Assembly (NCBI GenBank): GCA_040901865.1
Contig: JBBDYD010000142.1
Location: 22,942 to 86,941, forward strand
Reading direction: 5' to 3'
Source: Bacteroidota bacterium
GTDB lineage: Bacteria; Bacteroidota; Ignavibacteria; UBA10030
DNA: 64,000 nt
Of this stretch, positions 8,480 to 17,812 are shown in pieces. Each line of letters opens with the position of its first letter. The stretch's first letter is position 1. The position numbers were made by a program, and so were the translations under genes. The notes below the pieces were generated by a model. The model searched no databases, was not told where the DNA came from, and saw only the letters and a list, made by a program, of their open reading frames with translations.

Positions 8480-9964
8480 GTGAACTTAAAGGCGGCAAAT
8501 ACGGCAAAGCCGGTAACAATCCCTGTTTCTCAAAAGGACAAAGACGCCGCAAAAATGTGTCTCGTTCTTGCTGACAAGTTTCTCAAGGAATCAAGTTTTG
8601 TGCAAGCACGGGCGGAGGTGGCCAAGGCACAAAAGCTTGACCCGACAAATCCCTATGCCTACGCGTTCCTTGACAGAATAACATATTTCGAGGAGCAGAA
8701 GAAAAAGGAAGCGCCCTCACCCGAGGCAGCAGCTCCTCCCGTTCCACAGGAAATAGAACCACCCAGGGTCGAGCCCAAGGGAACTCAAGTTTCACCTCCT
8801 CCCAAACAACCAGAACCAAAAACGGAATCGGTACCTCCAAAGCCAGGTTCACCGCCGCAAATAAAGAAGGAATCAATTCCGCCTCCCGTGGAGAAAAGGC
8901 AGGATTCACCGCCCCCGGCTAGGCCGATAGTTCCTCTGCCAACGTCCAACCCGACTCAACGGACAGCCCCGGCGGATGTCCAGAAGGCGAAACCCGAAAA
9001 CATTGTCGAAGCGTCCCGCTCCGTTATTGCCGATGTCATCGCAACAAGGGGAAAGCCCCCGGCTCCGAACAATCCGCCTGGTATTGCGGATATGCTGAAT
9101 GAGCTCTCACAGGCTTCACAACAGCATGCGCCCAATGCTCCGCGGGGAGATGTTGACTCGAAGCTGGATGAGATGAAGAGGCAGATCGAGATGCTTACCA
9201 AATCTCTCGAGCAGGAACGGGTCGTCCGGGAGGAAATGAACCAGCAACAGCTCAAGGGGGCAATCAAGCAAGTGCGAACAACGCTGGAGAAGGCATGGGC
9301 GAACGGAGCGCCAAAGGATGCGGAACTCGAGAAGCTTCATGACCTTGCGGTCAGTCTTGGAATTCCGGAAGATGTCATTCACACGTTAAATCGCGAAGTG
9401 AAGCTGGACATGTACAGCCGGGCAGTGAAGGAAGTGGTCGCAAAACAGAATCTCCTGAGAAATTCTTCAAGGACCCTCGAATGGTTACGCAAGGTGTACT
9501 CGGTATCCCTTGATGAGTATCTTGAGTACGAATCAAAATTCCTCATGGATCTTGTTGCCGATCAATATAAAGGAACCATCCTTCTGGTGTCAGGGGAGGA
9601 AAAATCGCCGAAAGACATCGGGCAAAAACTGAAGTCAATGGGATACGCTGTGGTCAACGCATCGTCGCCCGAAAATGCACTTGAAAAAATCGAAAAAATC
9701 AATCCTCATTTCATTCTTTGCGACATGGAGTTTTCGCAAGGGTATCTGAGCGGAATCAAATTCCTCCATGTGCTCAGGGCAAATTCGAAGTTCAGTTACA
9801 TCCCGTTCATCCTGTTGTGTCAACCCAATGAGGTGAGTCAGTTCAATTCTTCGGATTTGCGGCCGACCGAAGGGTTTATTGAAAAACCCTTTGAAATGGA
9901 AACACTCAATGCGGTCATGAATGAAAAATTAATGGCTTTCAGGCAATATCTTTCATCGCTGTAG
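8480..9964 (+). CDS. Pro/Lys/Glu-rich low-complexity protein with a TPR-like N-terminus and a C-terminal degenerate receiver (REC-like) domain
   Basis: GTG start with no obvious SD. Residues 60-200 are a PPxP/KPE-rich linker. The C-terminus aligns to CheY-like receivers (ILLVSGEEK...FILCDMEF...IEKPF) with Glu-Glu replacing the acidic Asp-Asp pair. Confidence 0.55.
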   Translation: MNLKAANTAKPVTIPVSQKDKDAAKMCLVLADKFLKESSFVQARAEVAKAQKLDPTNPYAYAFLDRITYFEEQKKKEAPSPEAAAPPVPQEIEPPRVEPKGTQVSPPPKQPEPKTESVPPKPGSPPQIKKESIPPPVEKRQDSPPPARPIVPLPTSNPTQRTAPADVQKAKPENIVEASRSVIADVIATRGKPPAPNNPPGIADMLNELSQASQQHAPNAPRGDVDSKLDEMKRQIEMLTKSLEQERVVREEMNQQQLKGAIKQVRTTLEKAWANGAPKDAELEKLHDLAVSLGIPEDVIHTLNREVKLDMYSRAVKEVVAKQNLLRNSSRTLEWLRKVYSVSLDEYLEYESKFLMDLVADQYKGTILLVSGEEKSPKDIGQKLKSMGYAVVNASSPENALEKIEKINPHFILCDMEFSQGYLSGIKFLHVLRANSKFSYIPFILLCQPNEVSQFNSSDLRPTEGFIEKPFEMETLNAVMNEKLMAFRQYLSSL

Positions 9965-9993
9965 GATTTATCTCCTAACGAAAGGGTGCATGT

Positions 9994-10368
9994 ATGAGCA
10001 AAGTCGTTTTGCTTGCGGAAGATGATGAAGATAACAGGGATTTGGTGCAATTTGTCCTGATGAGAAGCAAAATGGACATCGAACTGATCCTCGCGGAGAA
10101 CGGGAAGCAGGCTGTGGAGATGGCAAAAGCGAAAATGCCCAATCTTATCCTTATGGACATGCAAATGCCTGTCATGGATGGATGGACCGCCGTCCCGCTG
10201 CTTAAGGCGGATTCCAAGACCCAGGGAATTCCGGTTATTGCCTTTACCGCCCAGGCAAAACCCGAAGACAGGGCCCGCACTCACGAAATCGGATGCGTTG
10301 AGCACTATACAAAACCCATGGATCCAGAGGAATTGCTCGCTCTGATCCAGAAGTATCTAAAGGTGTAG
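9994..10368 (+). CDS. Single-domain CheY-like response regulator
   Basis: 124 aa. Motifs VLLAEDDEDN, LILMDMQMP and HYTKPM. SD present upstream. Confidence 0.85.
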   Translation: MSKVVLLAEDDEDNRDLVQFVLMRSKMDIELILAENGKQAVEMAKAKMPNLILMDMQMPVMDGWTAVPLLKADSKTQGIPVIAFTAQAKPEDRARTHEIGCVEHYTKPMDPEELLALIQKYLKV

Positions 10369-10413
10369 GAAAAGATCCTCAGCAATCGGATCACCGGTAT
10401 CAAGGAGAAGAGT

Positions 10414-13284
10414 ATGTTCAGGTCCAAGCTTTATTGGAGGGTTTTTGCAAACTTCGCGTTGCTGTTGATCCTTCTGACAGCAATGACTTTCTTGACTCTC
10501 AATATCTTGTCTCAAATCGAGCGAAGCTATGGCCTGGCGGCGGGCGATGTCAAGGTTCTGAATAACCTCCATCGCCTCACCGCGATCCTCACGGATACCC
10601 CGGTTGCCGCCGATGATTATGCGATGACACTTACCGAAGAATCCAAAACGCGGTATGAAAGCCTATGGAAAGAAATTGACGGGCAAATTGCGATGATTCA
10701 ACGCGACCTGAGCGACTCGCTGATGATTGCGTCTTTGCGCAATATCCGCGGGTACTACTTCCAGTGGATGGAAAACGTCGGAGACAAGAAGATGTTGCTC
10801 GCGGAGCAACGGGAACAAAACAAGAATTTCAATGCTGAGTTCGTTGCCCTGAGCGAGGTCGAATCACGAAACAGGTATCTCGAAAACGCCCTTTCCCAAC
10901 TTCGGGAACTTCGACGGCGCCTTGCCGGCGGTCAGACGAGAAGTATTGAACTCGCCAGCAACCTGAGCAGGACGATCGGCGATTTCATCGGTCTCGTGAA
11001 CATTCTTATAGCGGTTTTTGCCATAGCGCTCGGCTTTGTTCTCACGCGCTCCATCACAAACCCCGTCAGGCTTCTGAAGGTTGGCACCCAGAAGATGATG
11101 GCCGGGAAATTTGAGCCCATTGAGCTGAATCGTACCGATGAGCTGGGAGAACTCGCTGCTGATTTCAACCAAATGGCGGCGATGCTCGGAAACACGTATA
11201 CCCGCCTCAACGCGTATTCAGAACTGGTAACCGCCCTGAATAGTCATGTGGATATTCAAGACGTTGAGATCTACAGTCTGAATCTGATTTGTCATCATGC
11301 CAATGCAAATGTCGGAGCGCTCTACCTCTTGAACCGGCAAACCGATATGCTCGAGCTTTCTGCAGGGTATGCCCTCCGGGCGGGCGGACCGCAGAAAAGC
11401 TTCGCCATCGGAGAAGGCATCCCCGGACAATGCGCCAAAGAGCTTCGCACGGTTGAAATTTCAGACATACCCCCGGATTTGGGATTCTCCATCGATACGG
11501 GACTTGTGGAAGTGGCCCCACGGTATCTGATAGCCGCTCCGGTGATGTTCCAGGATCGACTGCTCGGCGTACTCGTGCTGGGGTCCATGGCACCCTTCGA
11601 TGAACTGAAAAAAGATATTATTCATAACTCCGTTCCGCAGGTCGGTGTCGCTCTTACGAATGCGAAGAACAATGATGCGGCCCTGAAACTCTCGCGGGAA
11701 ATTGCGGTAAAAAACGAAGAGCTGAACAAGAAGAATTCGGAGCTCGAAAAGGCCTACAGGGTAAAATCCGAGTTTCTCGCCAGCATGTCTCATGAACTTC
11801 GCACACCGTTGAACTCCATCATTGGATTCAGCGCGGTACTCCTCGGCCCGACGGGGGATCCGCTGACGGCGGATCAACACATGGCTCTCGAAAAGGTCCT
11901 GAAGAACGGCAAACATCTTCTACAATTAATTAACGACATCCTCGACTTCTCAAAACTCGAGGCAGGACGCATGACGGTCAACGTCGAGTCAGACAATGTG
12001 GCGAATATCATCTCCAACACGGTAATGACCGTTGAAATGCTTGTGAAACAAAAGGGCCTGGTGATGCGCCAGGAAATTGAACCGGGACTCCCGATCCTGA
12101 ATACAGACATTCTCAAGGTCAAGCAGGTTATTGTCAATCTTCTGTCCAACGCCGTCAAGTTCACGGAACATGGAGAGATCGTTCTTACGGTGAAAAGCGA
12201 GCCACAGGCAAGGATTTCCTTCGCTGTCAGGGACTCGGGGATCGGTATAGAGGAAAAGAACCTTCCCCTGATGTTTCAGGAATTCCAGCAGATCGACAGC
12301 AGTCATTCGAGAAAGTACAAAGGAACTGGGCTTGGCCTCCCGATCTCACGCCGGCTGGCACGGATGTTGGGCGGCGACCTCCTGGTCGAAAGTACCTTCG
12401 GCAAGGGGTCGTTGTTCACGTTGACGATTCCCGTCGTGTTTACCGTTGATGCTGTCAAAGAGATCAAGCCGGTTTCTTTGCCCCAGGCGTCCGTGACAAA
12501 GGATTTCAAAACCACGCCCATCGCACTTGCGGTCGCACGAACGATTGGGCCGGATACAGGGACAAGGATACTCTGTATTGACGACGACCCGGATGCAACG
12601 GAAATTCTGCGATCCTACCTGGTGCCCGACGGATACAATGTGACTGTTGCGTTTTCCGGTGATGAGGGAATCAAACTCGCCCGCACGATGAAACCCGCCC
12701 TTATTACTCTGGACATTATGATGCCACAGAAAGACGGATGGCAGGTGCTCCGTGAACTCAAACGGGATCCGGCAACCAAGGATATTCCGGTGATTATCCA
12801 CTCCATGATTGACAATAAGCCGCTTGCAATGTCCCTCGGGGCCATCGACGTGATGCCCAAGCCGGTCGATTCACGTCAGCTGCTCCAACGAGTCCAAAAA
12901 GTGGTCAAATCCGATGATCAATTTGTTCTCGTCGTTGACGACAATAAAGATTATACACAGGCGATGAAAGAAATGCTTGAAGTTGAGGGCTTCAGCGTTC
13001 GTGTGGCAAACAGCGGTGAGGAAGCGCTCGAGGAACTGAAGAAAGCCGTCCCAGCCGTCATCTTTCTGGATGTCGTAATGCCGGGAATGGACGGGTTCCA
13101 GGTTGTTCGCCGGCTTCAATCAAATGACGCGTGGAGGAAAATTCCGGTCGTGATCCTGTCCGGGAAAGAATTGACAGACCGGGAACGCGATATGCTTCAA
13201 TCGTCCATTACGGAAGTCATAAACAAAGATGATTCCAAGGAAGCGATAGCAAGTACAGTCAAAAGAATCCTGACATCAGTGTAA
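10414..13284 (+). CDS. Large hybrid sensor histidine kinase (TM-HAMP-GAF-HisKA-HATPase_c plus two REC domains)
   Basis: Intact H-box (SMSHELRTPLNSIIGF), N and G boxes (GTGLGLPISRRL), and two C-terminal receiver domains (ILCIDDDPD...TLDIMMP; VLVVDDNKD...FLDVVMP). Confidence 0.9.
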   Translation: MFRSKLYWRVFANFALLLILLTAMTFLTLNILSQIERSYGLAAGDVKVLNNLHRLTAILTDTPVAADDYAMTLTEESKTRYESLWKEIDGQIAMIQRDLSDSLMIASLRNIRGYYFQWMENVGDKKMLLAEQREQNKNFNAEFVALSEVESRNRYLENALSQLRELRRRLAGGQTRSIELASNLSRTIGDFIGLVNILIAVFAIALGFVLTRSITNPVRLLKVGTQKMMAGKFEPIELNRTDELGELAADFNQMAAMLGNTYTRLNAYSELVTALNSHVDIQDVEIYSLNLICHHANANVGALYLLNRQTDMLELSAGYALRAGGPQKSFAIGEGIPGQCAKELRTVEISDIPPDLGFSIDTGLVEVAPRYLIAAPVMFQDRLLGVLVLGSMAPFDELKKDIIHNSVPQVGVALTNAKNNDAALKLSREIAVKNEELNKKNSELEKAYRVKSEFLASMSHELRTPLNSIIGFSAVLLGPTGDPLTADQHMALEKVLKNGKHLLQLINDILDFSKLEAGRMTVNVESDNVANIISNTVMTVEMLVKQKGLVMRQEIEPGLPILNTDILKVKQVIVNLLSNAVKFTEHGEIVLTVKSEPQARISFAVRDSGIGIEEKNLPLMFQEFQQIDSSHSRKYKGTGLGLPISRRLARMLGGDLLVESTFGKGSLFTLTIPVVFTVDAVKEIKPVSLPQASVTKDFKTTPIALAVARTIGPDTGTRILCIDDDPDATEILRSYLVPDGYNVTVAFSGDEGIKLARTMKPALITLDIMMPQKDGWQVLRELKRDPATKDIPVIIHSMIDNKPLAMSLGAIDVMPKPVDSRQLLQRVQKVVKSDDQFVLVVDDNKDYTQAMKEMLEVEGFSVRVANSGEEALEELKKAVPAVIFLDVVMPGMDGFQVVRRLQSNDAWRKIPVVILSGKELTDRERDMLQSSITEVINKDDSKEAIASTVKRILTSV

Positions 13285-13303
13285 TTCACGGGGACATTCT
13301 GCT

Positions 13304-14425
13304 ATGAGTAACGACACAAAAATAGATCCTGTTATCCTGGTGGTCGATGATACGGAAGATAACCTCGACCTCCTGGAATTTGCGCTCAAACGAAAACCGG
13401 TACAAATGCTCAGGGCCAACAGCGGGAAAGAATGCCTGACGATGGCAAAGGACCTTCAGCCGGACGTGATCCTGCTGGATATTCAAATGCCGGAAATGGA
13501 CGGCTTTGAAACATTGAAACGCCTCCGTGAAAATCCGGCTACGGCAAAGATTCCCGTGATTTTCCTTACCGCCCAGCGAAAAGACCCCGAGAGCATCGAG
13601 GCTGGTCTCATGATGGGTGCAGATGAGTACCTGACGAAGCCGATTGATACCGACGAGCTGCTCGTTCGCACAAAAACCCTCGTTCGGTTGAAACGGATGG
13701 AGACAGAGCTGGAGCGGACGAAGGCCGATTTCATGGCAATGCTCGTTCACGACCTCCGCAGTCCGCTTGCAGGCATCAAGGATGTGATCGAATTCTTCCG
13801 GGAATTGGAAAAAGCCGGCGGCGGGTTGACTCAGGATCACTTTACGCTCCTTGCCGCCTCACAGGAATCCGCAGAGCGCATGCTTCAACTTATCAACAAT
13901 CTCCTCGATATTTCAAAATTCGAAGCCGGAAATATTACTCTTCATAAGGAATTGGTCCAGTTGCGCCAGATCGCGGAGAGAACAGCCAAACAAATGGATT
14001 TCCAATTTCGCCAGCGAAACGTCACGCTTCGCCTTGAGATTGGTGAAGGCCCGGCGGTGTCAGTCGATGCAGCAAAGGTGGGTCAAGTGTTCATGAACCT
14101 CCTCAGTAACGCTCTGAAATTCACCGGAAGCGGTGGTCACGTGGAGGTGACGATTGAGAATTCAGAAATGAAGATCGACGGACAGTTTAGGAAGGGAGTT
14201 TCGGTTTCGGTAACCGACAGTGGAATGGGAATACCGGCGGAGGAACTCCCCCGGATTTTTCAGCGGTACAAACAGGCATCGACGGCAAAAAAAGTCCGGC
14301 AAAAAGGAACCGGACTTGGTCTCGCGATTTGCAAGCTTATCGTTGAGGCGCATGGCGGAACAATCGGAGCAGAAAGTGAAGTCGGAAAATCCACGACATT
14401 CCGGTTTACGCTTCCCCTTTCATAA
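13304..14425 (+). CDS. Hybrid REC-HisKA-HATPase_c protein (response regulator fused to a histidine kinase)
   Basis: REC domain (ILVVDDTEDN...LLDIQMP). H-box (MLVHDLRSPLAG). G2 box (GTGLGLAICKLIV). Separated from the previous gene by 20 nt. Confidence 0.85.
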   Translation: MSNDTKIDPVILVVDDTEDNLDLLEFALKRKPVQMLRANSGKECLTMAKDLQPDVILLDIQMPEMDGFETLKRLRENPATAKIPVIFLTAQRKDPESIEAGLMMGADEYLTKPIDTDELLVRTKTLVRLKRMETELERTKADFMAMLVHDLRSPLAGIKDVIEFFRELEKAGGGLTQDHFTLLAASQESAERMLQLINNLLDISKFEAGNITLHKELVQLRQIAERTAKQMDFQFRQRNVTLRLEIGEGPAVSVDAAKVGQVFMNLLSNALKFTGSGGHVEVTIENSEMKIDGQFRKGVSVSVTDSGMGIPAEELPRIFQRYKQASTAKKVRQKGTGLGLAICKLIVEAHGGTIGAESEVGKSTTFRFTLPLS

Positions 14426-14443
14426 TTATTAATCGAGGACTTT

Positions 14444-15520
14444 ATGGTTGGAAGAGTACTTATTGTTGACGACGAAGACACCCTGCGCCTCACGATCAAA
14501 ACGCGCCTTGCCGCCGCCGGCTTTGAAACCAACGGTGCGGTCGATGGCGAGGATGCTCTTGAAAAGCTGAAACAATCCGCATTCGACGTTGTCCTGCTGG
14601 ACATCAATATGCCAAGAATGGACGGCATCACGGCCTTGGGACTCATCTCCGAAATGTACCCCAAAACGGATGTGATTATGCTGACAGGGTTTGCGGATTT
14701 CACCACGGCCATCGAATGCCTGAAAAAGGGAGCAAAGGACTACCTGGTGAAACCGATCGACACAACAGAGCTCATCACCCGGATGAAATCTCTGTTGCGT
14801 GCCCGGAATTCCGAAACGGCGCTGGGTGATTTGAAACGCGTCCTGAGCTCCTTCTTGCTCGACGAGGTCCTTGGGAGCATTCTCCTGGCAAATGGACTCG
14901 TCCATGCATTGAAAGGGGATAAGAGCGGGAAACTTTCAAAGGACCAAAGCCAGCTTCTTGGTTCACTTGAAGAGGGCATTCAGGGGCTTGTAGCGAGGTC
15001 GAAGGAGATGATTGATCCGACTCAACTCAGCGGAAAGTCGGCGCCTCTGCCTGCGAAAGCTGTCCTGCTCTCGAATGTTCTGGGAAATGCGATTAAGCCT
15101 TTGGAGGTTGCTGCAAAGCTCGGAGGTGTGCCTTTGAACTTCGATGGCAATGCGAAAGGTCAGAAAATTGAAGGCGACGCAGCCAGTCTTGAACGGGCAT
15201 TCCGTCATATCGTGGGGGCGGCCCTCCAATTATCCGGAAAGGGCACGACGATCGACATCAAAGAGTCAAAGTCCGGTACGCACGCTGGTGTGACGATCAC
15301 CCTGAGCAAACCCCCGGAAGGCGCTCAAAAGGCGATCGACCGAAGCCTGAAACAAGTCGACGGGGCGGGCCAAAAGGGAGCGCCGTTGGAAGACCCCGCC
15401 GTACTTCTCCTGGCAGCGCGGCAGATTATCGAAGGACATCACGGAGTGATGAAGATTCAACGAGCAAAAAATGCTGTCACAATACACTGCGAACTTCCGG
15501 TTCGGCAGAACGCGCGCTAA
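14444..15520 (+). CDS. Response-regulator receiver fused to a divergent, probably catalytically dead kinase-like C-terminal domain
   Basis: Canonical REC domain (VLIVDDEDT...LLDINMP...YLVKPI). The C-terminal 230 aa has no recognisable H, N or G boxes. Confidence 0.7.
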   Translation: MVGRVLIVDDEDTLRLTIKTRLAAAGFETNGAVDGEDALEKLKQSAFDVVLLDINMPRMDGITALGLISEMYPKTDVIMLTGFADFTTAIECLKKGAKDYLVKPIDTTELITRMKSLLRARNSETALGDLKRVLSSFLLDEVLGSILLANGLVHALKGDKSGKLSKDQSQLLGSLEEGIQGLVARSKEMIDPTQLSGKSAPLPAKAVLLSNVLGNAIKPLEVAAKLGGVPLNFDGNAKGQKIEGDAASLERAFRHIVGAALQLSGKGTTIDIKESKSGTHAGVTITLSKPPEGAQKAIDRSLKQVDGAGQKGAPLEDPAVLLLAARQIIEGHHGVMKIQRAKNAVTIHCELPVRQNAR

Positions 15521-15561
15521 TCACAGACGGTCGCCGGAAGCTGCTACCACGGCAAATTTTT

Positions 15562-16302
15562 ATGGATGAGAAGAAAACAGACATCGTGAAACTTGTGTAC
15601 CGTTTTGATTTTGAAGACGGTCCGGAGAAGGACTTTGCTATTGAGCTCGAAGCCGAATCCCTGAGCTTGATTCTCGAGGGCAACCAGCCCAAGCCCGAGT
15701 GGACACGATTGAAGTACCACCAGTGCGAGAATTGTCCATTGCCGGATTCGGTCGAATATTGTCCGGTGGCGCTGAACCTCGCGAGCCTGGTTGAGTCGTT
15801 TCAGGATTCCATTTCCTTTGAAAAAACAAAAGTGACCGTCGAAACGAAGGAACGTGTATTTGTCAAGGATACAACTCTTCAAAAGGGGCTCAGCGCTCTG
15901 ATTGGAATATACATGGTGACCAGTAACTGTCCCGTCATGGATTGGCTGCGTCCCATGGTGCGCTTTCACCTTCCGTTTGCCACATCGCGGGAAACGGTCT
16001 ACCGGGCGGTCTCCATGTACCTGACGGCACAATTCTTTATTATGCGAAAAGGGGGGGCCCCCGACTGGGATATGAGGAATCTTTCTGAGATCTACAAGGC
16101 AATCTCTGTTGTCAACCGCGGCATTTCAAAGCGGATCTCGAATGCCTCAACCAATGACGCCAATGTGAACGCTGTCGTGATTCTCCATTCCGTCGGCGAA
16201 TCCCTGCCGTACATGATCGAGAACGGACTGAATGAGATAGAACCGCTCTTTTCCCATTACGTTCGTCTATTGGAGGAATTTCAAGCTCTGTCACGGCCAT
16301 GA
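15562..16302 (+). CDS. Hypothetical cytoplasmic protein with a CxxC-x8-C motif
   Basis: 246 aa containing HQCENCPLPDSVEYCP and a further Cys. I do not recognise a family. It lies in a co-directional string with the kinases upstream and pilC downstream. Confidence 0.5.
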   Translation: MDEKKTDIVKLVYRFDFEDGPEKDFAIELEAESLSLILEGNQPKPEWTRLKYHQCENCPLPDSVEYCPVALNLASLVESFQDSISFEKTKVTVETKERVFVKDTTLQKGLSALIGIYMVTSNCPVMDWLRPMVRFHLPFATSRETVYRAVSMYLTAQFFIMRKGGAPDWDMRNLSEIYKAISVVNRGISKRISNASTNDANVNAVVILHSVGESLPYMIENGLNEIEPLFSHYVRLLEEFQALSRP

Positions 16303-16466
16303 ACCATTCTTCCCCGGATCATCCGCTTGTAACCCCTCCTGTGAGTCGCGTCACAAAACCCGGCCCCCAGATGCGGTATCCTGCTACGTTCGGATTTTCA
16401 CGCGAGCTGCCTCCTCCCACGGCTCGCGCCCCCTTCATGAATCTCTCCTTTGCGGAGTAACTACTA

Positions 16467-17810
16467 ATGCCCCAGACAGCCGGTTCAGAATACAGAATTC
16501 AGGCGCGCGATCAATCGGGGCGGGTTGTTCAGCGATTCATTTACGCAACTTCCTTTTTCCAGGCACGGAAGAAAGCCAAGACCATTTGCGAATTGAATCG
16601 CTCCATCCTCGTTTCTCTTAAGAAGAAAAGGACCTATAACTACAGCGTACGCCGCGGGAACAAGGAGATCACCGGCGTTCAGAGCGCCTACTCTCGTCAG
16701 GAAGTGATCTCGGCTCTTGAGAGGCTGGGATTCAAGGTTCGATTTGTCCGTATCGCCTTCGACTTCAAGATGGCGGCGTCCACCGGCGAGATCGTGTCGT
16801 TCATAGCCACCAGCGCCAAGCTTCTTGAACAAAAGATGCCGTACACCGAAGTGCTGCGGATTATGTCCAACAACGTGAGGGACGGGCACCTCAAGACAGC
16901 TCTTCGGGATATCATTCAGGATCTCAAGAACGGTGTCGATTCGAGAGAGGCCTTCGCCCGGCAGGGGAAGGTCATCGGGGAGCATACCGCTTTGATGCTG
17001 GGCATTGCATCCAAGAGCGGCAATATGATCTCGATTTTTCAAAGCGTCTCACAGCTTGTTGAGCGTCAGGCGGATTTCAAAAAAGGACTGACCAGCTCGT
17101 TGATTCTCCCTGCGGTGACGTCCCTGACCCTCCTTGGCGCAATCGCTTTCTATGTCGTGTATCTTCTTCCGCAAATGGCGGAAATGCTTTCCCCGATGAC
17201 ATCGACGATGCCGCCACTCACAAAGGCAACACTTGAAGTGAGTAAATTCATCCAGGAAAATATTGTCTGGCTCGTAACGTTGAGCCTTCTCATGATCGGC
17301 GGTTTCTATGCCTATCTGTTCTCTGTCCCCGGGCGAATGGCATTTCACCGGTTTGTCATTCGAGTTCCCTATATTGGCCGGATTCTCCGCAACACGAGCG
17401 TCGAGATCTTCTGCCGGGTTCTCGGTATTGTCTACACGAGTTCCGGTGAGAACATCGACGCAATTCGTCTCGCCGGCGAGGCATGCGGCAACAGGTATCT
17501 CGACAAACAGATTAAAACCATTGCGGTCCCCCTGATGTTGAAATACGGAACGGAACTTGCACACGCCCTTGAGCAAACAACGTTTTTCCCCGAAATGGTT
17601 GTTTCCCGGTTCCGCACAGCGGGAGAAACAGGAGATGTCAAGGCAACTTCGACGCAGTTGGCGGATTTTTACCAAATGGAGAACCAGTACTCCATGAAGA
17701 ACCTGGTGAGCTTCATCGAGGTTACAATTTCCATGATCATCATGGTGGCCCTCGTATTTCTTACGTATCTTTCATCGGAAACCGCCACCATCCGCGTGGA
17801 TAAGTACTGA
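16467..17810 (+). CDS. Type II secretion / type IV pilus platform protein (GspF/PilC family)
   Basis: Duplicated N-terminal cytoplasmic domain (Y.I.ARDQSGRVV; YNYSVRRGNKEITGV). The T2SSF membrane core is followed by a second T2SSF-like half. SD GGAG upstream. Confidence 0.8.
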   Translation: MPQTAGSEYRIQARDQSGRVVQRFIYATSFFQARKKAKTICELNRSILVSLKKKRTYNYSVRRGNKEITGVQSAYSRQEVISALERLGFKVRFVRIAFDFKMAASTGEIVSFIATSAKLLEQKMPYTEVLRIMSNNVRDGHLKTALRDIIQDLKNGVDSREAFARQGKVIGEHTALMLGIASKSGNMISIFQSVSQLVERQADFKKGLTSSLILPAVTSLTLLGAIAFYVVYLLPQMAEMLSPMTSTMPPLTKATLEVSKFIQENIVWLVTLSLLMIGGFYAYLFSVPGRMAFHRFVIRVPYIGRILRNTSVEIFCRVLGIVYTSSGENIDAIRLAGEACGNRYLDKQIKTIAVPLMLKYGTELAHALEQTTFFPEMVVSRFRTAGETGDVKATSTQLADFYQMENQYSMKNLVSFIEVTISMIIMVALVFLTYLSSETATIRVDKY

Positions 17811-17812
17811 CC

